Positions 24,311-37,899 are shown, numbered from the whole stretch's first letter. The stretch: 63,581 bases of DNA, filler included, from Octopus bimaculoides (GCF_001194135.2; 6 parts of 6 records of this genome joined end to end with filler, not necessarily neighbours in it), one strand, 5' to 3'. Made by a program: numbers and translations. Notes: generated from the sequence alone by a model not told the origin.

Positions 24311-26434
24311 CTATAAAAAAACAATAACAACAAACAACAACAACAACAACAACAAACTCTGCGACAAAAAATGTATAGGGGTAAAGAAAGAAACGAACAA
24401 ATTTATCTGACAAACCAATAGCAATCCGGCAAAAAATTTATATATCCAGGTATATAGTTCAATATGGAAGATCTTTGAAATCTAACAACGAAAAAGAATA
24501 TAGAATTATGTTGAATACATTTGCACCACGCCGCACCAAAGAATAAAGGTGAGAGAGAATATTAGCCTTTCACAAAAACGAAATAGAAAAGTGATGATAT
24601 TGTGAAATAATCGTACCTTAAACTGCAGTACCTGTTCAGTTTCTGTCGATATGAATGAAATTATCTGTTATGAATTTTTTTTTAAATCACTTAATGGCTG
24701 CAAAACGAAAAGCTCCGTTTTGCATTAATCTATGGTCTACAACAATGTAATAAAGACGTTCTTTCACTTAACCTGAATACAAAAAACATCATTATTCCCC
24801 GCCTCNNNNNNNNNNNNNNNNNNNNNNNNNNNNNNNNNNNNNNNNNNNNTTAATTAATTAANNNNNNNNNNNNNNNNNNNNNNNNNNNNNNNNNNNNNNN
24901 NNNNNTATATATGTATACATATATATGTATATGTACACGTATATGTATAGATATATATATAGATATAGATCTATATGCATACATGTATATGTATACATAT
25001 GTGTAGATGTATACATATGTGTAGATGTATATATATATAGGTGTACATCTAATATGTACACATATATAAATGCATACAGATATCTATACATATATACACC
25101 CATACACACACACATATATATGCACACAAACACACACATTAGTCATTTGTTTTCTTATCCAAAACTACGTCAAAAGTATTGAATGGATCTTTAAGAAATT
25201 TGGAAATTATATTCTATGCATAATGGCCATAACCCCCATGGGGACTTCATGGGGACTTCACACCCACAATTTAGTCATTTTTCCTAAGCAAAGACAAATA
25301 CAGTTGTACCATTGGTAGCTATAGGGTCACCCGAACATAACAGATGAGAATTATTTGTAATTCAACGGTACAACAGTGTAAGACTATCCTTTCAGATATA
25401 CTTACATTGTGATTTCTGCAATGTGGTGCATAAATTGTCAAGTAAATGAGACTCATCTTTGCCTCCACTGATTCACTTGCAAAGTGATGAGTAAAATTAT
25501 TTCGTTGCAGACCTCCTTTGAGTCTTTTTATTACCACTGCGACACATATAGTCCCCACACATTTCGAAACTGTANNNNNNNNNNNNNNNNNNNNNNNNNN
25601 NNNNNNNNNNNNNNNNNNNNNNNNNNNNNNNNNNNNNNNNNNNNNNNNNNNNNNNNNNNNNNNNNNNNNNNNNNNNNNNNNNNNNNNNNNNNNNNNNNNN
25701 NNNNNNNNNNNNNNNNNNNNNNNNNNNNNNNNNNNNNNNNNNNNNNNNNNNNNNNNNNNNNNNNNNNNNNNNNNNNNNNNNNNNNNNNNNNNNNNNNNNN
25801 NNNNNNNNNNNNNNNNNNNNNNNNNNNNNNNNNNNNNNNNNNNNNNNNNNNNNNNNNNNNNNNNNNNNNNNNNNNNNNNNNNNNNNNNNNNNNNNNNNNN
25901 NNNNNNNNNNNNNNNNNNNNNNNNNNNNNNNNNNNNNNNNNNNNNNNNNNNNNNNNNNNNNNNNNNNNNNNNNNNNNNNNNNNNNNNNNNNNNNNNNNNN
26001 NNNNNNNNNNNNNNNNNNNNNNNNNNNNNNNNNNNNNNNNNNNNNNNNNNNNNNNNNNNNNNNNNNNNNNNNNNNNNNNNNNNNNNNNNNNNNNNNNNNN
26101 NNNNNNNNNNNNNNNNNNNNNNNNNNNNNNNNNNNNNNNNNNNNNNNNNNNNNNNNNNNNNNNNNNNNNNNNNNNNNNNNNNNNNNNNNNNNNNNNNNNN
26201 NNNNNNNNNNNNNNNNNNNNNNNNNNNNNNNNNNNNNNNNNNNNNNNNNNNNNNNNNNNNNNNNNNNNNNNNNNNNNNNNNNNNNNNNNNNNNNNNNNNN
26301 NNNNNNNNNNNNNNNNNNNNNNNNNNNNNNNNNNNNNNNNNNNNNNNNNNNNNNNNNNNNNNNNNNNNNNNNNNNNNNNNNNNNNNNNNNNNNNNNNNNN
26401 NNNNNNNNNNNNNNNNNNNNNNGGGGACCCGCAA

Positions 26435-27086
26435 AACTACTATCTCACGAACTGCGTCTGAAAGTTGGCGCGCCAATCATGCTGCTAAGGAATTTAGATG
26501 CTCCAATAATGTGCAATGGTACGCGGATGGTTATCAAAAAATTGTGCTCCCGAGTTCTGTAGGCAACAATCTTGAATGAACCGGCCGCTGGCTAAGACAT
26601 ACTTATAACTCCCATGTTCCTTACCCACTCCGATACGACCTACAAGTTTAAACAGATACAATTTCCCATCAAACTCTGCTTTCCCATGACAATCAACAAG
26701 GCGCAGGGACAATCAGTGCAAGCGGTTGGTTTGAATCTGACAGAGCAAGTATTCTCACACGCACAACTGTACATTGGCTGTCCCCATGGTCTTTCTATTT
26801 CTGCACCCGAGGGAAGGACGAAGAATGTTGTCTACCAAGAGGCACTCCAATAACAATAGCAACTTCAACTGCTCCAATTTCAACTCGCAATTTTTTCATC
26901 GTCCTGCCAGCCCACGTAAGTCCAGTCTTGCTTTACTCTCCTTACTAACTCACCATGACATCCTTTTTTTTCTACCAAGATCCGTCGCCCAAACACCACT
27001 TCGTATCCACTTTCTCCTCATTTTTATGTCTTCGTTTCTCTCTTCGCGTCGTTCTCTGACCGGGTGAGACCGGTCTTAACTGCTAG
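26435..27086 (+). mobile_element. Helitron 3' portion: PIF1 helicase C-terminus pseudogene plus canonical 3' end
   Basis: HELRLKVGAPIMLLRNLDAPIMCNGTR...FPIKLCFPMTINKAQGQS...VFSHAQLYI...RTKNVVYQEAL* with internal stops; hairpin GACCGG-gtgaga-CCGGTC (27058-27075) then CTAG|T (27083-27087). Confidence 0.95.
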
Positions 27087-27319
27087 TTAAATAATAAAAT
27101 AAGATACATTGCATAATGTAGCTAGACATAACACTGAAGATGTGATGTTATCTCTCGATTGCCTTTGCTCACTGATCTGTTATATCAACAACAACAGCTA
27201 ACAATAGCCAAGTTAGTTCTAACATTTTAATGCAAGGAGTAGGAAACATCAAATTAAAAAAGTGTGATGACGAATAGATAACATGAGCTAAATATCTAAT
27301 TATGGACAATTATGAGAGA

Positions 27320-27850
27320 CAACCGTAACTATAACCTTAAAACTAACCCCATTTTTAAACTCTACCTCTAAAATCCAACCTTAACTCATAAACCGAAAAC
27401 TAAATCCTGACTCTAAACTCTATCACTAAGCCTTGAACATAGGCGTGTACAGTTATACCTCAAGCGTTCGTGTACACTCAAACGTGGCAAGACATTCGCT
27501 GCAGATACTGTCTTGGAAGAGAAATTATCCTCATTGACAATGTCTGAGAAAACACACCGAGCTGGGATTTGAATAACGTCATTGGGCTGTAGGGCACGTG
27601 TTTCGGAACTATTGAGCTTCATTAGCTACGGAACGGAATCTACCGTTCTTATCTCACTAAGAACTGTTGGGTCTTATATTTAAACAGCAAATAATAAATT
27701 TGCTAATGTGTACAAAGCTTTGCAAGGCTAAAATTAATTAATTAGAAGTACTCTAACCGGAGGACACGCCCTAAACCTAAACCCTAAGCTGTAAGCTTAA
27801 ACCTTAAAACCCAACTTTGATACAGCAAAGAACCAACCAACCTAACTCCT
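27320..27850 (-). mobile_element. Possible Helitron remnant with degenerate CCCTAA-like arrays
   Basis: LMKLNSSETRALQPNDVIQIPARCVFSDIVNE resembles the Helitron helicase mid-region; telomere-like runs at ~27320-27420 and ~27770-27810. Confidence 0.35.
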
Positions 27851-27974
27851 CTTTTGAAAATCTTCTGTTTCGGAACTTAACATTAATATTCACAACATGC
27901 AAGATTTGTAACTAATATTATTCATAGTAGTTAATATGTCAATAAAATTCCAAAGTGTGCTTTCTATATATCAT

Positions 27975-28381
27975 TTATCTATCTTTTACTTGTCTCAGTC
28001 ATTTGACTGCGGCCATGCTGGGGCACCGTCTTGAAGGGTTTTAGTGGAACAAATCGACCCCAGGATTTAGTTTTTAAAGCCTTGTACTAATTCTATCGAA
28101 CCGCTAGATTACGAGAACGTAAACACACCAACATCGGTTGTCAAACGGTGGTGGGTGACACAAACACAAAGACACGCACACAGATATATACAAATACACA
28201 CACACACACACACACACATAGATACGACGGGCTTCTTTCAGTTTCAGCGAACCAAATACACTTACAAAGCCTTGGTCAGCCCGAGACTATAGTAGAAGAC
28301 ACTTGTTCAAGGTACCACGTAATGGGAGCGAACCTAGAAATATGTGGTTGGGAAGCAATCTTCTTAACACACAGCCACGCC
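27975..28381 (-). mobile_element. SINE family A, full length, tail 1
   Basis: Reverse complement of 21947-22367. Confidence 0.9.
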
Positions 28382-28480
28382 TTTGTTAACAAAGATTAAA
28401 GAAAATAAATAAATGATAAGTAAAAAAGAATGAAACCGCGGCTAGTAAAATTTAGATAACGAAATCAAATATAAATATAT

Positions 28481-28523
<43 letters not shown>

Positions 28524-28671
28524 TGTGTGTATAAGACAGAAAATGGAGAAATATCGATGAAGAACAATTGACTTATGCCAATTATCATTTGTTAATTCAA
28601 TATCTAACAGCTGCTTCTGCATCCCATCTAACAGCTGTTTCTGCTTCCAGTGTTTTGTGATATTGCCTTTG

Positions 28672-28704
<33 letters not shown>

Positions 28705-28741
28705 CACACACACACACACAAACGCACACACACATATACCC

Positions 28742-28831
28742 CGTAATCCTCATACTTGCAACATCTGTGGGCTTCTTTGCAAATCGCTGGCAGGACTCAA
28801 ATATCACATTCAACTTCAGCATTATGGTTGA
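28742..28831 (+). pseudogene. Orphan C2H2 finger, likely the C-terminus of an RTE-type LINE ORF2
   Basis: RNPHTCNICGLLCKSLAGLKYHIQLQHYG*; KSxxGLK also occurs at the RTE end at ~62510-62560; no start codon or acceptor (preceded by (CA)n). Confidence 0.55.
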
Positions 28832-29179
28832 CAAAGAAAGTGTAGGTTGTTGGATTCCTCATACGTCGAAACTGACGGGAGAGTTTTTCATATATCTTAT
28901 CTATTTATCTATTTGTCTATCTGTCTGTCTGTCCGTCCGTCTGTCCATCCGCCCGTCCGTCCGTCTGCCTGTCTGTCCGTCCGTCTGTCTATCTGGCTGT
29001 CTGTGTATGTATGTGTGTGTACGTGCGTACGTGCGTGTGTGTGCGCGCGTGCGCGAGCCTGCGTTCGTGCGTGTGTGTGTGCGCAGTCGTGTGTATGTGC
29101 GTGTGTGCGAGCGTGTGCATATGTGTGTGAGTGTGTGTGTGCGTGAGTCGCTGAACTGTCTAGACGCTTGCTGTTTTTG

Positions 29180-29400
29180 ATGTTGTTTAACCATAGGATA
29201 ACCTAATTATGCAGAGTTGTGATCAAATGGATTCCATCTGAATCCATTCCAGTCTTTTTCTCCAAATGTAATACATCTAGGACTGACTACACTAACTCAT
29301 GCGTTGTTACCTTTTTTTTTTAAAGACATTTTAAGGCAATAAGGTGTAATTGTGAGAGATTCGACTGATATTTCTAGCAGAATGAGCAACCATATAGAGG
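29180..29400 (-). mobile_element. Family F repeat copy
   Basis: Reverse complement of the family F motifs. Confidence 0.6.
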
Positions 29401-29921
29401 CTTTCAAATTGCTTTCTATGTATGCAGATTTTGATAATAGAATCTAAAACTACAGTTTGTGAAATTCAGGTTACGTGATTAACTGGCTGGATGTATATAC
29501 ATATATGTCATTGAACTTTCTAGACGTTTGTTTGTTGTTGTTACTACTGCTGCTGTTGTTACTGTTTTATTGTTGTTGTTGCTGCTGTTGCGACTAGCAT
29601 GACTGTGTCACATGAGCACCCTGTCGTAGTACCGTGCATACATCGTGTGTTGGAACATGTTTTATTGTCTGCACACATGGGTTAACAATACCACCTACAA
29701 ACCTCCTCCAAGCTTTTTAACTCTTTCTCTATATATTTCTCTCTTTCTCTATAAGTCTCTTCTCCTCTCTTTATTTCTCTCTTTCTCTCTCTGTTTCTCT
29801 GTTTCTATGTTTCTCTCTCTGTTTCTCTCCCTATTTCTCTCTTTCTCTCTCTTTATCTCTTTTCCCCTCTTTATTTCTCTCCCTCTCTCCCTCTCTCTCT
29901 CGTTCCATCTCTCTCTCTATT

Positions 29922-29977
<56 letters not shown>

Positions 29978-30285
29978 TTCCTCTTTCTATCACACACGAA
30001 CACACATACACACACACGTGCGCGCGCGCGCGTGCAGACAGTCTCGGACACGTACAAATGTGCATATACAATCACGCAAAAGTACACCAATCCCAGAATC
30101 ACTGTATGCAATATATGACCCTAATCCTAACCCTAACTCTTAATGAGCGGCTTCTATAGTAATTTGAACTCAGAGATAATGCAGCAAGATTACACCTCCA
30201 ATTCCCTTGTAATCATCACCACAAACCTTTCATCACACGTTTGATCAAATCAGTCGTTTGCTTTTCTTTCTATAGAAAAGACTCT

Positions 30286-30877
30286 GGATCTTTTTTAAAA
30301 CGGGGGCCACATTTTTCATTAACGAAACACTTTGAAACTTGGAACACTGGTAGAATGTGTCATATAAAACATCTTTTTCTGTTAGTCTTCTTTAAAAAAA
30401 AAGAAATCCCTAAGTTATTCCATGTTAAAGTTGTCGTATTTCTGTAATTTCAACCAATCACTGACGTCCATTCAGCCGATATACATTAAGTGCCGACTAC
30501 ATAAACAAACGATTCTGAAACAATTCTATCGGTGATAGGGTTAGGGTTAGGATTAGGGTTAGGGTAAAACAGCAAATTTAAAAAGAAAAAAGCAAATAAA
30601 ACGAAGAAAAAAAAAAGAAAATGAAAAAAGCAAATAAAACGAAGCTATGGCTTAATCAGCCAAAGGAGTAAATATAAACAACTGAATACTTGTCAGTGAT
30701 TGGTTGAAATTATCGAAATAAGACAATTTTTTACATGAAATAAATTCGAATACAAAAATATTTTTCTGTTCTATAACACAAAATAGATAAGTATACGAAG
30801 TTTGAAAGTCTTTCGGTACCAAAAACACTACGTAAAACATTAATGAAAAATGTGGCCCCCGTTTTAAAAAAAGATCC
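30286..30877. mobile_element. Non-autonomous TIR transposon with 8-bp TSD and GG termini (Merlin-like), carrying TTAGGG repeats
   Basis: TIR GGATCTTTTTTAAAACGGGGGCCACATTTTTCATTAA and its near-perfect reverse complement; exact TSD AAGACTCT at 30278-30285 and 30878-30885; inner IR TTCAACCAATCACTGAC / GTCAGTGATTGGTTGAA. Confidence 0.9.
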
Positions 30878-31039
30878 AAGACTCTTGCTGACTTACAAAT
30901 TAGGTTAGAATGATCCAAGACGTGCTCTGCCTCATATCTGGGAATCGAACTCAGTATTGCATGCTGATGAATTTTCGTAGACTCTATAATATTGCCGCTG
31001 TTTTATGACAGAAAAATCACTCCAGCCTGTGACATATTT

Positions 31040-31260
31040 TTACATTTAATGAAAGGACTTCTACGAAGTCACTAAACCTGCTAAAAATAGCAGCAAAATT
31101 TTTCTCAAATCATTCTATGTCGTCTTATAAAAAGTTACATTGGATAATGTAGTCTAGGATACATTATGCCTGGAAAATATGGGATGGTTACGGTTGGACC
31201 ACCTTTGATCATAGGTTTACTCTGTCAGGGTTGACCTAAACTTAAACAACATCAACAACA
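31040..31260 (+). mobile_element. Family F repeat copy with AAC tail
   Basis: ...CTTTGATCATAGG...TAAACAACATCAACAACA. Confidence 0.65.
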
Positions 31261-31530
31261 TATAGATGATTAAACCGAACCCTTTGAAGTTAAATATTTT
31301 GGGTAAAGTTACAACGCCGATATAGGATTGCTTTGGACTACAGATCTCTAGGTTGCATGTCCAGCACCAATTTCACTCAGCCTTCCGCTTCTCTTCGCCT
31401 CATTTCCGCGGTTCTGCAGATTTCTTTTGATTAAATAAAGGGTCTTTGGTTGCAAAATGGATGCAGTTAACGCCACCCATATCTTATTGGTACTTACTTT
31501 TTTGCAAACGTTGACCACGAAACTCTAGGC

Positions 31531-34007
31531 TAGACATGTCAAACTCCCGACAGGAATTTCATTCGGCCCGCGGGACCATTTTGATATCAGCATGAAATTT
31601 GTCCAAATGGTGGCATCAGCAAATAGAGCTCTTTGCTGCCCTCAGCAACATCCATGCCTTCTGGTTACAACTACATGTACATAATGTGTGGCTAAAGCAG
31701 GTCATTACATTATATATAGCACTGACTACGCTACCTTTCTTACTATGGTGTCACCAAAAGTAGCAATAATTTAATACACAACTAGAAACAACATCACTGT
31801 GACTGTTACACTCTGTCTATATTAAAAAAACACATTAAAGAGGCATGATAACACAGTCACAAGTCTTAATTGTAACTGCAACAAAGCATGCAGGGAAACG
31901 CTTCCTTCGCGTGTTGTGAAGCGCTGATGATGCAAAATCTACTAATCCCGTAATGCACCGCAACAGCCGCCTTACCGCTCTTTCAGTAGTAATAGCTATC
32001 TATATCAATGGTCAAGAGAAAAGTCGATGCTGAAAACAGAGCCTTGCAAATCCGGTGGGAAACCGAATACATTTTTACTGACATTGATGGCAAACACGTG
32101 TGTCTTAATTGTGGTGCTAATGTTGCTGTACTTAAAAATATAATCTCAAACGCCACTACAAGACAAAACATTAGGACAAATATAAATAACTCACTGCTGA
32201 GCAGAAGCAACGAGAGGTAGACGAGTTGAAGAGGAATCTCACATTACAACAGACATTTTTTAACCAAAGCAAAATCACAAAGTGAAGCTGCTGCTAAAGC
32301 AAGTTTTACTGAGGCAGAGGAGATCGCAAAATCAGCCCGGCCATTTACCGAAGGAGAGTTTGTGAAGAGCTACGTGATGAAAATGTGTGACGTTTTGTGT
32401 CCAGACAATAAGCAACTGTTTGCTAATGTGAATATTAGCAGAAATACAGTCGCTGATCGGGTGTGTGAGATGGTCACTGATTTGAAAATACAGTTGATTG
32501 AAAAAGGAAAAGATTTTGTGCATACTCTCTTGCTGTGGATGAGATTGCTGACACGACTGATACGGCACAGCTGGCTGTCTTCATCTGTAAGAGTAGACTC
32601 CAATTTGTTCGTCATGGAGGAAATTTTGGACATTAAATCGATGCACAGGACAACAGAAAAGGACCTTTTTGAAAACATATGTCAGAGTGTAACCGATATG
32701 AAACTGCCTTGGGACAAACTTGTTGGATTTACAACAGATGGAGCACCGGTGATGTGCGGTGAAAGAAGTGGACTAGTGGGTAGGAGACGTTTAAAGATAT
32801 AAGAAGAGAACTGCGCGGGTGAGTTGACGACATATCACTGCATCATACATTAGGAAACGCTGTGCGCTAAAACTTTAAAAATTGAATGAACAATGTAACG
32901 CAAACCGTAAACTTTATCCGAGCCAATTTCAGTCTTTCCTGCGGGAAATACATTCAGAGTTTAGCGACGTATCTTATCATACGGAGGTGTGGTGGCTCAG
33001 TCGGGTAAAGGTCTTCAATATAGTTTTTGAGCTGGTTGAGGAGATATATCAGTTCATGGACAGTAAAGGAAAAGAATCCAAAGTTCTGCAGGATGAAAAG
33101 TGGAAATGCGAGTTGGCGTTTCTGGTTGACATAACTGCGTATCTCAGTGTTTTAAACATCGAGCTCCAAGGGCGGGGTCTGTGATATGTATGATGCAGTG
33201 AAGGCATTTCAAGTGACACTGCGCTTATGGAAGACACATATGCACCGATTAAACTTGTCTCACTTTCCCAGTTGCTAAGTTATGTTGAGCCAAGTCAGCA
33301 CCACGGTGTTCCCAAAGCAACACTTTGCTGATAAATTGAGTGCGCTCCACACTGAATTCGCATGGCGCTTTAGTGACTTTGAAGCACAGAAAAATAATTT
33401 CGAACTGCTTCGCAATCCATTTGCTGTCAATGTGGAAACTGCACCTGCATAGATTCAAACGGAGCTGATTGAACTGCAGTGTTTACATGCAGTTCGAACG
33501 CTGTCTTTGTTTGGCAGCACATATCTGTACGAGCAGTCGTTCTCTGTGATGAAATGAATAAAACTTTACATAGGAGTCATCTCATAGATGAACACCTGCA
33601 ACCCATCCTGAGAGTCTCAACAACACAGAACCTGCCCTAAACATCAATGAACTCGTTGCCAAGAAAAAATGCCAAGTATGTAGCTCGGACAAAATTGTAT
33701 TAAGAAAATTGAAAGTTTTGATTTATTAATTTAATTTTCACTAAAAAGCACATATTTTATTTATATTTTCTATCTTTTTGCAACATGTTCTTATTTTAAA
33801 AATTTTATAATTTGGACAGGAGATATTTTTATGCAGAGTAAAATATCTTAAGTAATTAAGTTAATTTATTTTTGGAATAAAATTATATACCATTTGTTTC
33901 AATAGATGTTCATGTTCAAAAAGATTTAGTCTGTTCACTAATGTTTATCCCGTTCAGCCGTCGACCTAAAGTAGCCCCCCACTGTGCGATTGAGTTTGAC
34001 ACCCCTG
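31531..34007 (+). mobile_element. Near full-length hAT (SPIN/Charlie, GTF2IRD2-like) transposon with decayed transposase (~32008-33680)
   Basis: Exact TSD CTCTAGGC at 31523-31530 and 34008-34015; TIRs TAGACATGTCAAACTC / GAGTTTGACACCCCTG; KRKVDAENRALQIRWETEYIF..VCLNC, FTTDGAPVM, YHTEVWWLSRVKV, ELAFLVDIT; many stops and frameshifts. Confidence 0.95.
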
Positions 34008-34192
34008 CTCTAGGCTATCAGTGCATAACACTGTACTGGGTTGTCGGTGAATGCTTCCGGACCGGACAATCGGTGAACGCTAGCCCAGTCGACGAATTAC
34101 TGCTAACGTCTGTAGTCGTGGCGGGCGCAGATGAGACATCCAACTATTGAGAGACGTTATGACTTATTGATTCGGGTAAGTCGTTCGACCGG

Positions 34193-34225
34193 ATGATGAT
34201 GGTGGTAGTGGTGATGATGATGACG

Positions 34226-34257
<32 letters not shown>

Positions 34258-34258
34258 A

Positions 34259-34280
<22 letters not shown>
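34193..34280. repeat. (GAT)n microsatellite
   Basis: Direct reading. Confidence 0.95.
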
Positions 34281-34302
<22 letters not shown>

Positions 34303-34584
34303 GGACAAAGTAAAAGTTTTAGTTAGAGATCTACGAATAAGACACATCAGGCGTGGCGAAACGAAGTGAGATGAATGTATGCAGTTAATTAATTGAAGGA
34401 AAAGCGCTGTTGTAATAACATAATAGACAGAAGTAGCGAAGAAAGGTCACGGTAGTAGCTGGAGAAGAGATATACATAGGAGAAGAGAAGAGGTTGTAGC
34501 GGTCGAATGCTGTGGCATTTATTAGATAAGAGAGGGCGCTATGTTAGAGCTAGAAAAGATAGAGATAAAAGAAGGAAAGGATTT

Positions 34585-34775
34585 CTTCCGGCTGACGAAC
34601 TCTCTTCTGGCCCAGAATCACCATAGATACACTGGAAGATACTCAACCACCTAAAAACGAGAACAGAGCGATCGGAAGTTAGTTTGGTCAGATGGGGCTA
34701 CAAAACCAACCCAACCATCTGTGAAGGTGGAGAAACAGACCCATACTATAAAGTACTCCCTCGTTTGCCCTTTAC
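34585..34775 (+). mobile_element. Non-LTR retrotransposon ORF2 C-terminal remnant (clade uncertain)
   Basis: PADELSSGPESP*IHWKILNHLKTRTERSEVSLVRWGYKTNPTICEGGE resembles the W..LNRLRTG..R......WG.....C.CG motif. Confidence 0.55.
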
Positions 34776-34974
34776 TACCCAATACAAGCAGCTCAAAAAA
34801 CCTTGCAGAGTTCCATAAAAGTGGCTAAGAACTGTATTAAGAAATGGAAAACTGCCATGTTACTATTACGTTTCGAATAATCGAATGGGAATGGCGCTTT
34901 GTCGTTTGACCAGATTCCGAGACTATCCGGGGCAACACGACAACAAATACTTCAAAACAAACGAACGAGAATGT

Positions 34975-35155
34975 CTCAGCATAGTCATTCGACCAGCTGG
35001 AAAGGAACCAGTTCGTCTTTAAAAAGAGGACTTTTAAGATAATGCAATCCCCACCAAAAACGAAGAAGAAAAAACCCAGTCATGATGGTCACAGCAAAAA
35101 TCTTTTTGATCATATGTCCACTGAATCGGGGTTGAGGTGGAGCTTAGCAATAATT
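34975..35155 (+). mobile_element. Family F repeat copy
   Basis: GATGGTCACAGC...TTTTTGATCATA. Confidence 0.5.
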
Positions 35156-35587
35156 TCGGAGGGGTGAAATAACAAGAGTTTTCTCAATGGAAAGAGAGAA
35201 ACAGAGACAAAGAAGTAAGAGCGAGGGAGAGAGAGAAACAGAGAAAGAGAGAAGAAAGTAAAAGAGAGAGAGGCAGACAAAGAAGAACAGAAACCGAATG
35301 GTAGTGGAATGACTGATAGTTACTTTCAGTCACATCCTTCTTTCATTCCTAGTGGTGATAGGGGGGGGGGGGGCTGCCGGTTACTATGTTACCCACTTGA
35401 AAGTTAGTTTCTTACTCTGCAGCAGTAACTAATTTGCAGTGCTGCTGCTTTTTTCATATAGTTTTGGGAAGTACCGTACATTGACTTTTAATTCATCTGA
35501 CACACTGAGCATACAGTTAACTATTATTTTGGCATTCTAATCTACACACACATACATATGTGTATGTGTATGTGTATGTGTGTGTTG

Positions 35588-35621
<34 letters not shown>

Positions 35622-36346
35622 NNNNNNNNNNNNNNNNNNNNNNNNNNNNNNNNNNNNNNNNNNNNNNNNNNNNNNNNNNNNNNNNNNNNNNNNNNNNNNN
35701 NNNNNNNNNNNNNNNNNNNNNNNNNNNNNNNNNNNNNNNNNNNNNNNNNNNNNNNNNNNNNNNNNNNNNNNNNNNNNNNNNNNNNNNNNNNNNNNNNNNN
35801 NNNNNNNNNNNNNNNNNNNNNNNNNNNNNNNNNNNNNNNNNNNNNNNNNNNNNNNNNNNNNNNNNNNNNNNNNNNNNNNNNNNNNNNNNNNNNNNNNNNN
35901 NNNNNNNNNNNNNNNNNNNNNNNNNNNNNNNNNNNNNNNNNNNNNNNNNNNNNNNNNNNNNNNNNNNNNNNNNNNNNNNNNNNNNNNNNNNNNNNNNNNN
36001 NNNNNNNNNNNNNNNNNNNNNNNNNNNNNNNNNNNNNNNNNNNNNNNNNNNNNNNNNNNNNNNNNNNNNNNNNNNNNNNNNNNNNNNNNNNNNNNNNNNN
36101 NNNNNNNNNNNNNNNNNNNNNNNNNNNNNNNNNNNNNNNNNNNNNNNNNNNNNNNNNNNNNNNNNNNNNNNNNNNNNNNNNNNNNNNNNNNNNNNNNNNN
36201 NNNNNNNNNNNNNNNNNNNNNNNNNNNNNNNNNNNNNNNNNNNNNNNNNNNNNNNNNNNNNNNNNNNNNNNNNNNNNNNNNNNNNNNNNNNNNNNNNNNN
36301 NNNNNNNNNNNNNNNNNNNNNNNNNNNNNNNNNNNNNNNNNNNNNN

Positions 36347-36379
<33 letters not shown>

Positions 36380-37305
36380 GAAATACATATATATTGAATA
36401 TATAGTATATATGTATATATATATATACGTGCACTCACAAGTATACATGTATATACATATGAATTTAAGCAAATATGCATGTGTCGTACATATGTGTATA
36501 TGTACTTGTGGATGCACATGTGTGTGTATGTATAAGAAAAATTGAAAATGCAAATGGAGTCTTTATAAAAAATTATTTGCCTTTTTAACCGGTTTCATAA
36601 TTTCATGATTTTCAAAATATTCTCGATGAAGGGAGCTGGAATTATATCGTATTTATCTGAACTTTATGGGGTTTTAGATTCGCTTTCTTTTATGAAGAGA
36701 TTATGGCTCACATTACCATCAGATGACTTACAGAGTGAGTGATTGAAGTTAGTCACAAGGTCAGAGTGTTATGTGACTGCAGTAATGATAGTTGTGACTG
36801 TTTATTAATGATAGTTAAGACTCTATTAGGCAAGTGACTGTGTCATGTTACGGCAGGGATGTCTATTAGATCATGTGACTATGAATAACAATTCTGCAAA
36901 GAGTCAAGACTGTAGTATTAAGCCATTAAATCTGTCTTGTGAGTGTAACTAAAACGAGGGAAATAACTTAGATGTTTATATGCGAGTGACAGTAACGTAT
37001 AAGCTATAACGTGTTGTTATGGCTTACACTACAGTCGTGTTTGTATCTTTTAATAAATGATTTTCTTTGTTTTTTTTTTCTGTTTTTCCCCCAGACTGTA
37101 ATGTGGGAAGACTAGGAATTTTCGTCATTTGTTTGTTAAACAAACGTCTAAATGTTCATTTATCGGAATCTGACTTCATCTCATTGTGAACAGTATGCTG
37201 TTGTCTATGTTATTAATTAAAGTCTGAAATTATCAAGTTTGTCAAGACTGTTGGATAACTAAAAGAGGCAGTCATCTAAGTAACATTTCCAGTTTGTATA
37301 ATAGA

Positions 37306-37396
37306 CTAGCAGAAATACCCGGCGTTGCCCGGGTTAAAGAGAATAATGATATCTAAAAACGCCGTCTAGACTACGCATCATCTTTATATATAGAGA
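37306..37396 (-). mobile_element. 91-bp mini-Helitron
   Basis: Minus strand reads A|TCTCTATATATAAA ... CCCGGGCAACGCCGGG hairpin ... CTAG|T; inserted between A and T with no TSD. Confidence 0.85.
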
Positions 37397-37899
37397 TGTA
37401 TATACACACACGCACCCAAACACACGTATATATATGTATATCAATATAAATATATGAAAGTCAATGAAGTTTCGTAAAAGAAGGTGATCATGTACATACT
37501 TTCTTGCTGTTGTGATTATAACACCTCGTTGTAAACTATGTTCCTTGTTTTCCCTTGTGGAGCATATACAAATAGGTTTTTTTTTGCTGCCCACTCTTGA
37601 GCAGACAACATACAGTTGTCCATGTGAGAAGCAGGGCTCTTCNNNNNNNNNNNNNNNNNNNNNNNNNNNNNNNNNNNNNNNNNNNNTTAATTAATTAANN
37701 NNNNNNNNNNNNNNNNNNNNNNNNNNNNNNNNNNNNNNNNNNTTTCATTTTTCTTTATTATGTGCTTATGTGCATCCTTAGATTTCTAATGAAGTAATAG
37801 GCAGTGAAGAGAAGCAGTCATAAGAACACTTTTAACTACCCCTATTCCTTTCTCTCCCCCTCTCTACCTCTTCCTCTCTCGCTCTCTCAAAAGCATACA

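Noticed and set aside
37060-37200. Strong + strand acceptor (TTTTCCCCCAG, ~37094) and nearby GTGACT-rich stretch (~36730-36990)
   Set aside because: No useful ORF, matching donor or partner exon; unsupported without transcripts.
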